A DNA stretch of 64,000 nucleotides from Bacteroidales bacterium. GTDB lineage: Bacteria; Bacteroidota; Bacteroidia; Bacteroidales; UBA3663. Where the stretch lies: assembly GCA_045627785.1 (NCBI GenBank), contig JAZQOF010000047.1, forward strand, positions 50,199-114,198. The letters are read 5' to 3'. Shown here in pieces: positions 9,201-17,542 of the stretch. Each line of letters starts with the position of its first letter. The stretch's first letter is position 1. The notes beneath the pieces were generated by a model. The model ran no database searches and had not been told where the DNA came from. It saw only the letters and a list, made by a program, of their open reading frames with translations. The position numbers and the translations under genes were made by a program.

Positions 9201-12200
9201 ACGCTCTGCAGACTTACATCCCAACTTTTCTCTATACCAGCGAAGATGACGTTAGGGTCGGCAGTGCTAAGGTCAAACTCTTTCTTTGTCTTGAACGAAA
9301 ACGCCGTGAGGGTGGCATGATAATAATAGGTGTCACCGATAACATACCAGTAATGCTGCTCTGGGAGTACGCCTCCGCACTCGTCAAAGCCCTTTGGCAG
9401 ACAGTCATCCACGATATACTGCTTTGTACTCTCTCCAGGACGAACGACACCCTCGAATACGAAGTTGCCTGATTCGTTCATGAAGGTTGCTGTCTCTGGA
9501 TGCTCCTTGTCGTAAGTATCCGCATGGACATTATCTGCATACACATAACCGCCACCTTCGCCAGGCTGTACATTAAGGAGCTTTACCTCTGCCACACCAA
9601 CGATAGGACCGTTATATGTTTTGTGCTCATCACCTTCATAGTACAGATTCTCCACATGCAGACTGAAACCACTGTTAATGCCTATCATGTTACGGGCAGT
9701 AGCGTAGTTACGTTGCTTGAAGGCGTTGGTAGCTGTCTCGAGCTTATCGGAAGCATAATAATTGGTGATGTATTCTTGTTTCTTGCTGCGGTAGGTGTAA
9801 GCATCCTGCAAAGCACCCGCTGCATCATGGAACTTACCCGAATGGAAGTCATCGTTTGTCACGATAGCACCAATGTAGTGGATGGTGTTATAGAAACCGA
9901 TATAGTTACGTGATTGTAGTGTTGTCCAGTCAGTAGCATACGTACCCGTAGGATCGATGTTTGAGTTCATACGCAACTCGCCAATACGAGCGAGAGAATA
10001 CTTACGCTTGTTAATCTCGTCTGTTGCAAAGTCCTCATCGCCGTAGAGTTTGAAGCAGCAGTCGTTGACCGTGAGGAGGTCAAGACGCTGGAGGGAGTTA
10101 AGCATGAGGGGATCGGAAGGAGTGGTTCCTGCATAGCCATAGCCATTGAGTTCTGCTGCACGGAAGCCCTCGCAGAACACCAGACGACCGTCGCCATATA
10201 TACCGCCGACTCCTGTGTATTCGCCAACAACATTGCCGTGCTCATCCTTCTTTGTAGTCTCAGTAGAAATTTTGATGTGGTCTTTTCCGCTACCTAAGTC
10301 AGAGATGATGATACTTGAGTTACCACCATAGCCAACGCTGGAGTTACCCTGGCTGTCAACGCCATGGTTATATGTCTCGGTGCTTGCCAGTGTAGTATAA
10401 GAACCGGCAATGGCAGCGGTAGAGTTACTCAATGAGAATCCACCGCCATAGACACCACCACGCACACGAATCTCTACGCTGTTCCAACCGCCGGTAGGAA
10501 AGATGGAAGTGTCATCAGGATTATTACCCTCATCGTGGAACTCGAAGTAGTCGTTATTTTGACGTGTAGCAGTATGAATGCTGCTAAGAGGTGTTATAGT
10601 CTCTGAGCCATGAAGTTTTACCTCAGTTATCTGGTCATACACATTACAAGGCACGTAGGTTCCTTCGAAGTACTTAATGCTCTTCTTGATGACAGACTCT
10701 GTCTTGCCATTACCCTTGGTCTGGTAATCTTCATTCCACTTATCTGCACGGTCGATGAAGTATTCACCCGACTGCTTGCAGACATAGAACTTAGGATAAC
10801 CCACCGTTACCTGTGCCGAACCATACATAGGCGCAGCAAAACTACCGCCTACAACATCCTTATACACCAGTCCGTCGTGAACATGAATTACTGAGTTACC
10901 CACGAGCATACCGTTACGTCCACCACCGAAGATATTGTTTACCGATGGGTGAATCCAACCCTCTGCATTCGGGATATCCTTCATATAGATGTAGGCATCA
11001 CCGAAGCTGCGTGACTCCGGACCATAGCCTGCGCCATATACATTAGCAACAGGGAGGTTCAGTTTGTTGGATTCATCAAGAGAAGGCTCTTTATAGTCAT
11101 CGATTGTTACACCGATTTGTCCATGGAGGTATCTTGAATACGCAAGCATATCTGACTCGATGTATATTTGAACATCGCCAACCATATCGCCCGACTGATA
11201 GCATCCGCCATAGACATTACAGCCGTCATGCCATGCCTTGCCATCAACCTTCCAGTCAACGCCATTATCTGTCTTGTCATAAACAAGGTAATCACCCACA
11301 GGAGCCTCATTTGCTACGGCATTCTTGTACTTTGGATCCATGTTCATACGGCGTGAATACCAGTCACCACGAATCTTCATACGAAGTTTGGTCTTGGTAG
11401 GCTGATAGTCAAGCGTTGCATCAGAAGCCACCGGCATACGGAAACCACCGCGATGCCACTTGCCCTTATATTGGAACGACGCATCCTTCGAGCCACCGAT
11501 AATACGTCCGAAGAAGTTCAGCGACTGCGGGAAGACGATATCCACCGGTTGTTCGGTCATCATCGAACCGGCATTACCACCCATACAGAAGGTACCAATC
11601 CATGTATTCTGGAAGGTATGACCCGAGAACTCGGTGAAGCCCAACGGCATCGCCTGCATATCCACCGCACTCATATATATCGACAGCAGGTTAGGATAGA
11701 TGCTCTTGACAAGGGCTTTCCTTTCGTCAGAAGCTGAAGACATACCATAGAATTCGAGCAGTTCACTCCAGTAGTCATCTGTCATATCTGTAGAGAAGTC
11801 AAGTCCGTTGATCTTCTCAAAGTTCACAAGGTAGTTGCTCGTACCATTGGCATCATACTTCATAGACTCCCCGTTAGAGCCCATGAACACCTCATTGACG
11901 ATGACGTTATCGCCAATATTGAACTTAACGTGAGCCTCTCCTAAACCATCACCTGCTGCACGGATAGTGGAAGCGTTACCACCACAATAAACAGAACCGA
12001 AGATATAAACCTTGTTATCCTCACCCTGACCCTGAATGTTAAGATAAGCCTTCGATACGTGCGGACGAATATTTGTGAGAGACACTAGCTGCTCAATTGG
12101 TGAGGCTTCTGCTTTACCCGGAATCCAATAAACATTATCATTCAACTCAGTATTCCAGACCTCTGCAATGTCACTCGTAACATGCTCACCTGTCTTGTCA

Positions 12201-15200
12201 TAAGCATAGAGATAGTTACCGTTACCAGCGCCATAGACATTACCAGTAATAGAGCCCGAGAGGTTTACGTTCGTGCCATTATATACAAAACCGCTGATAT
12301 CATTTCCGCCATAGACGTTGCCAATTTGACCAGCAAGAATGTTCACTGTTGCGCCGTATTCGTCTGCACCAAAAGTTTGAGGAGTCTCTGTGATATTGCC
12401 CTCGCCATCATCTGTATAAAGCGTTGCCTTCACATCACTCATACGGCAACCGCCATAGAGCGAACCGATATTAATATTGTCAGAGTCGATTGTGAGACTA
12501 AGCCCCTTTGTCTTGCCGGTAGCAGGAGAAGGGTTATAGTAAGTCATATCACCCATGTTACCACCGGAATAGACATTCTCAAGTTTGCCTTTCCACAGGT
12601 TCCATGTAGGCTGAATGGTCATCGTAGCTACGTTGTTGCCACCGAAAAGATTTACCACATGGTAAGGATCAATCTTCAAAGTGTTGTCTTCCCACTTATA
12701 ACCTGTACTCATTCCATTGAAGAACACCTTCGTCACGATGTTCTTTTGATAGTCATTGAAGGTAACATTTGCAAACTTGTTACTCTCGGCATTGGTGAAG
12801 ATATAGGTATCCTGGGTAATGGTAGCCTTGTTTCCACCACCGAAGGCACGAAGCGTAGTGCCACCTTCTACTTCCAATAAGGCTGTGGCTACGTCTGGCT
12901 TATGACCACTTTCTCCTTCTGATACCCATGCCTCTCCATTACCACCAGCGTATGCACTACCAATCATTGGAAAACCACGATCGGCAGAGTCATCATCGGC
13001 AGAGATTTCCACGTATGTATTGAACTTTTTGTTTGTAAGGCTTGGACGTGGTTTGCCATCACCATTCGGTGCAGCATTCCACTTACCTTCAGTAAACTTA
13101 GCCGGCATAGTACCGCTGATAGTACCTGCAATATCATTACCGCCATAGAGATTACATATAATAAGGTGGTTGGCATCGGTGATACCACGCGCCTTACCAT
13201 CGTATGCCCATACGTGCGCTGCACCGTGGATGTCTGCCTGACGGCTACCGCCATAGACATTATGTGCGAAACCTTCAGCCATCTCTACGAAGGTGTTGCC
13301 CTCGATGACACCCTTATAGCCACCACCATAAAGCGAACCGAGAAGCGTTCCCTGCTTACCTACTGCATAATACACGTTGGTGTTACCTGACACCGTTCCC
13401 ATATTCGAACCACCGAAGGCGTTGTAGATATAAGGGAACATACCAGCAGGATCTGCATCACCATGTGCTTCTAAGGCAATAGACTTGATATAGAGATACA
13501 CATCGCCATCAGAGTGGGTGTCGGCACCATAACCTGCACCATAGACGCTGAGGGCATTGTTGGTCTCTAGGTCGCCGGCATCGTCATAGATGTGCATATT
13601 GTCGTTCTTGTTGAAGAAGTACTTGTACTTATCATCCGTGCTGTTGGCACACTTAGGCGCGAGCCAGCAATGGTAATCCACCCATGAGTCACCCTCTATG
13701 AAGCCCGACAAGAAGCAACCGCCGAAGACGTTACCGCCATGAGCCTTGTATTCCGTCGCCTTTCCCTTACCGCTGCCATCGGTCTTTGCTAAAACCTCAG
13801 GCTCAAGAGCACACTTGAGGGTTAGATGAAGAAGGGTCTTGTCCTTGTTGGCAGAATAGAGTTTGGCCTTTGTCGCATCGTTTTCCTCTCCGTCTGAACC
13901 AGCGGTCATCGGCTCAAAGTATGATGTAGCATATTCTGCCTCATTTGCTCTTGGGTCAGCATGTACCTGATGTATATGCCTACCTTCAGGGCTGGAACTT
14001 ACACCCGTACTATTGATACTGAGTATTCCGCCGTTGAAGTTATAACGAATGATACTCTTGATATGAGCAGGATCTGGATGCTCTTCGTCCTCGTATTCCA
14101 GTCTTACATAGTCCGTACCCTGTGTCCAACCTGCAGGAACCGTAGTGGCATAATCGTAAACTCCATCGCCATTATTATCGATGAATTTACCATCGCTATC
14201 GGAGTCAAAGTAGTGATACTGCACATGAGCATTATACGCACCACCAACGATAGTATGACTCACCGTCACACCTTCTGGCAGAGTATAGTCGAACCTACCG
14301 TTCTCAAGAGTCTTTGCGCGCATTGAACCACGGAAGCCACCGCCCACGAAGTTGGCAAGCCAGATGTCTTCTGCATCATTAGGGATATTAAGGTGCACAT
14401 TATCGCTCCACACCATAATATTATTAAGGTACGCTTGGAATGGCAAAAGCTGCTGCTCTCGCGTCATTGGTTCACCCGCCTCAGAACCTACGGCAAAACC
14501 AGGATAGTATTTCTTTGCTGTATAATCAAAGAAGTGATGGTAGTAGTTGTCTTTAGTATATGCACCACTCTGCGTAGCAAGGTCTTTGCCTGAACAACCC
14601 ATAAAGAGTCCCGACACGTTCTCATCGTTGTCAATATACTTGCTGCCGTCAGCATCCTTAGCCAACTGCTCATGCGTACGACCGATGGTGACGTGTGAAC
14701 CGAGGCTGATATTAAGCGTACCACCGCCTTGGAAGTAGGCAGGGTCATCACGCACGAGGTGTGGGTTACCTGCGTATGTTGTAGTCAGCAAGGTTTTGTT
14801 CCACTCACCGATAGTGCAAGAGTTACCACCACCGAACACCTGACCAAGCACTTTCACGCGCTCGTCCTTTGTATTTCCTTCAAGCGTAAGGTTTACACCG
14901 CCGATTGTCTGCGGACGACCTACGTATGTCTTTCCCTTTGGACCATCATCTGCCGAATGATCCACCATGAAGTAGTTGTCATCACCGTGCGTTCCCAAGT
15001 CATACCTCAAAGCACCAGGGATATAATAGCCGATGTGGTTCCCGTTGCCAGCGCCATAGACATTACCCTTAATCTCACCTCCATAGATGGTAAGCTGTGC
15101 GATACCATTGACAGTTCCCGACACATCATTGCCGCCATAGACGTCGCCATAGATGGTAATCTTGTTCTGGTGCTGATCGTAAGTGTAGGAGCGAAGTTCT

Positions 15201-17542
15201 TTATTTGCTTCGTCAATGAACTTAGAGGTTGAGTATCTGTCAGTTCCGTTGGCATTCTTGCCTGATGTCTGCAAACCGATAGTTACATTTGTTGCAACCT
15301 TTGTAGAAGCACCTGCAGCATGAATATTACCCATCACAGCACCGCCATAGACATTCTCCAGAATGGTACCACGAGTAATGTCGAGATTCGTGCCTGCACA
15401 AGGCGCATAGTAGCCACCGCCATATACGAAGTGTACCAGCGACTGTGGGTCGTTACCCACATGCACATTGCACGTTCCACCCACCGTACCATTCAGTCCA
15501 CCACCAACGATACTGTGCAGGCCAGTACCCTTCTGGAGGTTGATGTCGCAATAGGCATTCTTGGTAACTGTTGCCTTGTTACCAAAACCGCCGCCAAAGA
15601 CAGAGAAGTGAGGCTTTGCCACATTCTCGATACACTCCTTGTAATAGTCGGTAGTTGCGAAGTTAGCCGGTGCTGTTGGTGCACCCACCATATATACGTG
15701 AGCATTTCCCTTTACGTCACATGCCATATTACCACCGCCATAGAGATTGTGGGTGATATCGCTCTCGGTGTTGCGCTTGTCACCAGCACTACTCTGGTCA
15801 AGGAATCGGCCAGTGACCTCGTTTGTCATCTCCACATCAGTAGCTGTTGATGGCAGGAACTCACGTGGTTTCCAATATTTACTATACTCAAGGTCTGCAT
15901 TCTCGAAATACACGTATGTATTTCCATAGATATCGGCAGAGGTTACGTCAGCGTCTCCTGTGCCTGGGTCATCACCGAAGCCACCGCCGAAAATGTCCTT
16001 TGCCACCATACCGTTGAGGACCGCCACATTGGTACAGCCATCGATGATGCCAGTAGCCATCGTTCGTCCTGATTCACCTTTCGATGCAGCGATTGTCTGA
16101 CAATTGAACACTGTACCCATATTACCACCGCCATAGACATGACTCCACACCTTAGTACCATTGAGCTCGACATTGGTGCTACCACAGACAGTACCTACGA
16201 ACATTGACATCGTCATCTGTGCCTTCGTACGACCATTGCCGCCACCGAAAGCACTACCGAGGATGTTACCGCCGTTGAGTTTTAGGGATGTAGTGAAGTC
16301 GAGTGTGGCAAGGCTCTTGTTCTGTTGTGCCACATGATCGGTCATTGTTGGGCGAGCGTTTTCGTTGTACCAGCCAGTATTAGCAATATCACCGCCACCA
16401 TAAACGTTACCGTAGATGATGGTAGTGTTGCCGCTGATGGTTACATCCGTCTCGCGCATCACTTGCGCGGCGTAGGTGTACGGCATCAAAACCTTACCTC
16501 CACCGTCGAAAGGACTATCTATTTCGTCCTCAGCCTCAATACCGGCACCACCACCGAAGACAGCACCATTGTAGAGTCCGCCCTGGATATCTACCTTCGT
16601 AGCACCATATACAGCACCTACATAACTATTAACGCCACCAGTAGCATCAGCACCTGACTTAGAACCCAATCCTCCACCAAAGACATTAAAGACAAAAGGC
16701 TGTCCCTTGATGGTTATGTTTGTCTGAGAGGTATAAGTCGTTTTGTCATATTTGATGCCACCGGCTCCAGCGTTGGCTGTAGCGTCGTATGCACCTACCG
16801 TACCATCGAAACCACCACCGAACACTGACGGAACGAACTGCGCAGACAGTTTAGTGTCCGGCTTCAGACGAAGACCGAGGCGGTCGATAGCCTCCAGTTC
16901 GGCATGCGTAAAGGCAACACCATCAGCAGGTTTGATGTCGGCAGTACCGGGGATATTGATGTTGATATTCGTATTGCCGGCCACATCAGTATGTGCACCA
17001 TAACCAGCACCGAACACCGAACAGATAGGTATCTTTTGCTGGTTCGGCTTCATAGAGTTGTCGTAGAAGTGGCGCCAAGCAGCCATAGCACGTTTGTCTG
17101 ATACAAAACTATAGGTAGTGATTATACCCTTCGTCATCTCGACATTAGTGTTTCCTGTCACATTACAAGCCAAGTTGCCACCACCGTATATATTACGCAG
17201 GTTATTCTCGTCACCAACGGTATAGACAATCTCGCCATCGTTGATAGACACACTGGTGCTTCCACTAATATCTGCCGAGGCTTTGACATCACCAATCTCG
17301 TGTCCGCCTCCGGCCTCAGTATAGAGTGCACCCTCGCCACCACCGAAGATACTACCGGCCAGCTGACCAGCATTGATGATCACGTTGGTGTTACCAGCTA
17401 CTTTCGCCATCTCACCACCGCCATAGACATTGCCACGGATCTGGATTGCACTCTTCGGCTCCGGGGAGGATTGTGCTTTAGTTACTTGGACTACTCCTGA
17501 CAGCAACAAAACTATGCTGTATATTATATATATTCTTTTCAT
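6203..17542 (-). CDS. giant secreted repeat protein (3779 aa): signal peptide, [FY]GGG-type beta-helix-like repeats, T9SS C-terminal sorting domain; candidate pilus-associated adhesin
   Basis: An uninterrupted 11.3-kb ORF with an ATG start overlapping the upstream stop (ATGA). The N-terminus MKRIYIIYSIVLLLSGVVQVTKAQ is a signal peptide. There are dozens of GN.YGGG....G.TNV..-like units. The C-terminus resembles a T9SS CTD. Confidence 0.9.
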   Translation of the reverse strand: MKRIYIIYSIVLLLSGVVQVTKAQSSPEPKSAIQIRGNVYGGGEMAKVAGNTNVIINAGQLAGSIFGGGEGALYTEAGGGHEIGDVKASADISGSTSVSINDGEIVYTVGDENNLRNIYGGGNLACNVTGNTNVEMTKGIITTYSFVSDKRAMAAWRHFYDNSMKPNQQKIPICSVFGAGYGAHTDVAGNTNININIPGTADIKPADGVAFTHAELEAIDRLGLRLKPDTKLSAQFVPSVFGGGFDGTVGAYDATANAGAGGIKYDKTTYTSQTNITIKGQPFVFNVFGGGLGSKSGADATGGVNSYVGAVYGATKVDIQGGLYNGAVFGGGAGIEAEDEIDSPFDGGGKVLMPYTYAAQVMRETDVTISGNTTIIYGNVYGGGDIANTGWYNENARPTMTDHVAQQNKSLATLDFTTSLKLNGGNILGSAFGGGNGRTKAQMTMSMFVGTVCGSTNVELNGTKVWSHVYGGGNMGTVFNCQTIAASKGESGRTMATGIIDGCTNVAVLNGMVAKDIFGGGFGDDPGTGDADVTSADIYGNTYVYFENADLEYSKYWKPREFLPSTATDVEMTNEVTGRFLDQSSAGDKRNTESDITHNLYGGGNMACDVKGNAHVYMVGAPTAPANFATTDYYKECIENVAKPHFSVFGGGFGNKATVTKNAYCDINLQKGTGLHSIVGGGLNGTVGGTCNVHVGNDPQSLVHFVYGGGYYAPCAGTNLDITRGTILENVYGGAVMGNIHAAGASTKVATNVTIGLQTSGKNANGTDRYSTSKFIDEANKELRSYTYDQHQNKITIYGDVYGGNDVSGTVNGIAQLTIYGGEIKGNVYGAGNGNHIGYYIPGALRYDLGTHGDDNYFMVDHSADDGPKGKTYVGRPQTIGGVNLTLEGNTKDERVKVLGQVFGGGNSCTIGEWNKTLLTTTYAGNPHLVRDDPAYFQGGGTLNISLGSHVTIGRTHEQLAKDADGSKYIDNDENVSGLFMGCSGKDLATQSGAYTKDNYYHHFFDYTAKKYYPGFAVGSEAGEPMTREQQLLPFQAYLNNIMVWSDNVHLNIPNDAEDIWLANFVGGGFRGSMRAKTLENGRFDYTLPEGVTVSHTIVGGAYNAHVQYHYFDSDSDGKFIDNNGDGVYDYATTVPAGWTQGTDYVRLEYEDEEHPDPAHIKSIIRYNFNGGILSINSTGVSSSPEGRHIHQVHADPRANEAEYATSYFEPMTAGSDGEENDATKAKLYSANKDKTLLHLTLKCALEPEVLAKTDGSGKGKATEYKAHGGNVFGGCFLSGFIEGDSWVDYHCWLAPKCANSTDDKYKYFFNKNDNMHIYDDAGDLETNNALSVYGAGYGADTHSDGDVYLYIKSIALEAHGDADPAGMFPYIYNAFGGSNMGTVSGNTNVYYAVGKQGTLLGSLYGGGYKGVIEGNTFVEMAEGFAHNVYGGSRQADIHGAAHVWAYDGKARGITDANHLIICNLYGGNDIAGTISGTMPAKFTEGKWNAAPNGDGKPRPSLTNKKFNTYVEISADDDSADRGFPMIGSAYAGGNGEAWVSEGESGHKPDVATALLEVEGGTTLRAFGGGNKATITQDTYIFTNAESNKFANVTFNDYQKNIVTKVFFNGMSTGYKWEDNTLKIDPYHVVNLFGGNNVATMTIQPTWNLWKGKLENVYSGGNMGDMTYYNPSPATGKTKGLSLTIDSDNINIGSLYGGCRMSDVKATLYTDDGEGNITETPQTFGADEYGATVNILAGQIGNVYGGNDISGFVYNGTNVNLSGSITGNVYGAGNGNYLYAYDKTGEHVTSDIAEVWNTELNDNVYWIPGKAEASPIEQLVSLTNIRPHVSKAYLNIQGQGEDNKVYIFGSVYCGGNASTIRAAGDGLGEAHVKFNIGDNVIVNEVFMGSNGESMKYDANGTSNYLVNFEKINGLDFSTDMTDDYWSELLEFYGMSSASDERKALVKSIYPNLLSIYMSAVDMQAMPLGFTEFSGHTFQNTWIGTFCMGGNAGSMMTEQPVDIVFPQSLNFFGRIIGGSKDASFQYKGKWHRGGFRMPVASDATLDYQPTKTKLRMKIRGDWYSRRMNMDPKYKNAVANEAPVGDYLVYDKTDNGVDWKVDGKAWHDGCNVYGGCYQSGDMVGDVQIYIESDMLAYSRYLHGQIGVTIDDYKEPSLDESNKLNLPVANVYGAGYGPESRSFGDAYIYMKDIPNAEGWIHPSVNNIFGGGRNGMLVGNSVIHVHDGLVYKDVVGGSFAAPMYGSAQVTVGYPKFYVCKQSGEYFIDRADKWNEDYQTKGNGKTESVIKKSIKYFEGTYVPCNVYDQITEVKLHGSETITPLSSIHTATRQNNDYFEFHDEGNNPDDTSIFPTGGWNSVEIRVRGGVYGGGFSLSNSTAAIAGSYTTLASTETYNHGVDSQGNSSVGYGGNSSIIISDLGSGKDHIKISTETTKKDEHGNVVGEYTGVGGIYGDGRLVFCEGFRAAELNGYGYAGTTPSDPLMLNSLQRLDLLTVNDCCFKLYGDEDFATDEINKRKYSLARIGELRMNSNIDPTGTYATDWTTLQSRNYIGFYNTIHYIGAIVTNDDFHSGKFHDAAGALQDAYTYRSKKQEYITNYYASDKLETATNAFKQRNYATARNMIGINSGFSLHVENLYYEGDEHKTYNGPIVGVAEVKLLNVQPGEGGGYVYADNVHADTYDKEHPETATFMNESGNFVFEGVVRPGESTKQYIVDDCLPKGFDECGGVLPEQHYWYVIGDTYYYHATLTAFSFKTKKEFDLSTADPNVIFAGIEKSWDVSLQSVKWLEAETPDASSKYWRDIRGGRDDALTSLDGSDVKYQFTLQVGDNSNSQPLWSNEMPRSTTDAEQITSQTWTAYNNTNTTPRFNVHLIDNVNNCPLNEEEEYYNNHLSVPENVQLIIKARKLDGKTDTNGEPTYEYKTYNVTLEIVYIQGPSFTGNVNIMNCALPGERIGFNSNGIQIKTTDQLPVTGFEWKLVPLKDDLSEGTYSWDESKGKIIPASFTTTSAEGYSQGSVPALYSQNHWNVYYVFRAGGEDFVVAPTTTDTDPLNKRMLVVHNYHKMADITADNYNVTLAAGEGNIYAKALKPGAMIYLADDADIAAFVSYVNGGNNGEGLNFYLQNDLTLLSAITNTFAGTLHGNGYSLTLPSAGGSLFGDKLAGKVYNLGVPNGTIASSGIVTNCFTNSDNANELKYGEKAYALSHYFKTTDSNDGYVHTLYANNDGMGGDWRYARVTDIYENARFLRTGAPNYGNMQTNHNTEHAGDYTLTEHDCLFFGQHLDKTNADAYPVHIDEAFSVKWVEANRVYQTVGYYQSKAEQKFHYNKDAWALQPTLTAIDFTKMTAEGDDTTTLPETFSVDSNKDYNATTGHVSQNLLVYNAGETVFDKKNEADIAEKDVVYHNIVKNAEVFSTDYFHLVDKQDFNAPIAFNVNKRAWYERYPQKYRNLIDTDNNNLVDYNSSSAWEGICLPFTATKVTAEKNGEISHFYGEIPTGEGAVNDRTLHHEYWLTGMVAANGDKATFARPAVSGEGLFVETNQATAKRDYTYQANDYFTSLFNYNDWYDTRDDEDDDTMGYHDKAWYAQSHTFTDYVPLTAAVPYIVAFPGDDFYEFSMESYYKTDAYGSEKYNQKATFESGPTTIKVSDDNAVSTTANGYTHFGTFLHKDSQLGINNAGSAFVSYENILPFRTYMTSPTRTRSIWINSTGENMTDMKEDLDDEGLKIWNEGLVIVVKTKEARSLNVFTADGAWLGILHCDAGTNRFQMDAEGIYLVGNTKLLLKN
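6206..6400 (-). other. T9SS (Por) type-A C-terminal sorting domain of the giant protein
   Basis: The last ~62 aa read GLKIWNEGLVIVVKTKEARSLNVFTADGAWLGILHCDAGTNRFQMDAEGIYLVGNTKLLLKN. The pattern (V.V.D..G......G.N......GIYLV....K....K) parallels known CTDs such as RgpB. Confidence 0.7.
10180..17440 (-). repeat. protein-level degenerate ~20-25 aa repeats with [FYV]-G-G-G/N core (predicted parallel beta-helix rungs)
   Basis: By eye there are about 18 strict [FY]GGG and more than 40 relaxed cores (VYGGGEMA, IFGGGEGA, VYGGNDVS, VYGAGNGN ...), often followed by G.TNV.I. Confidence 0.75.
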
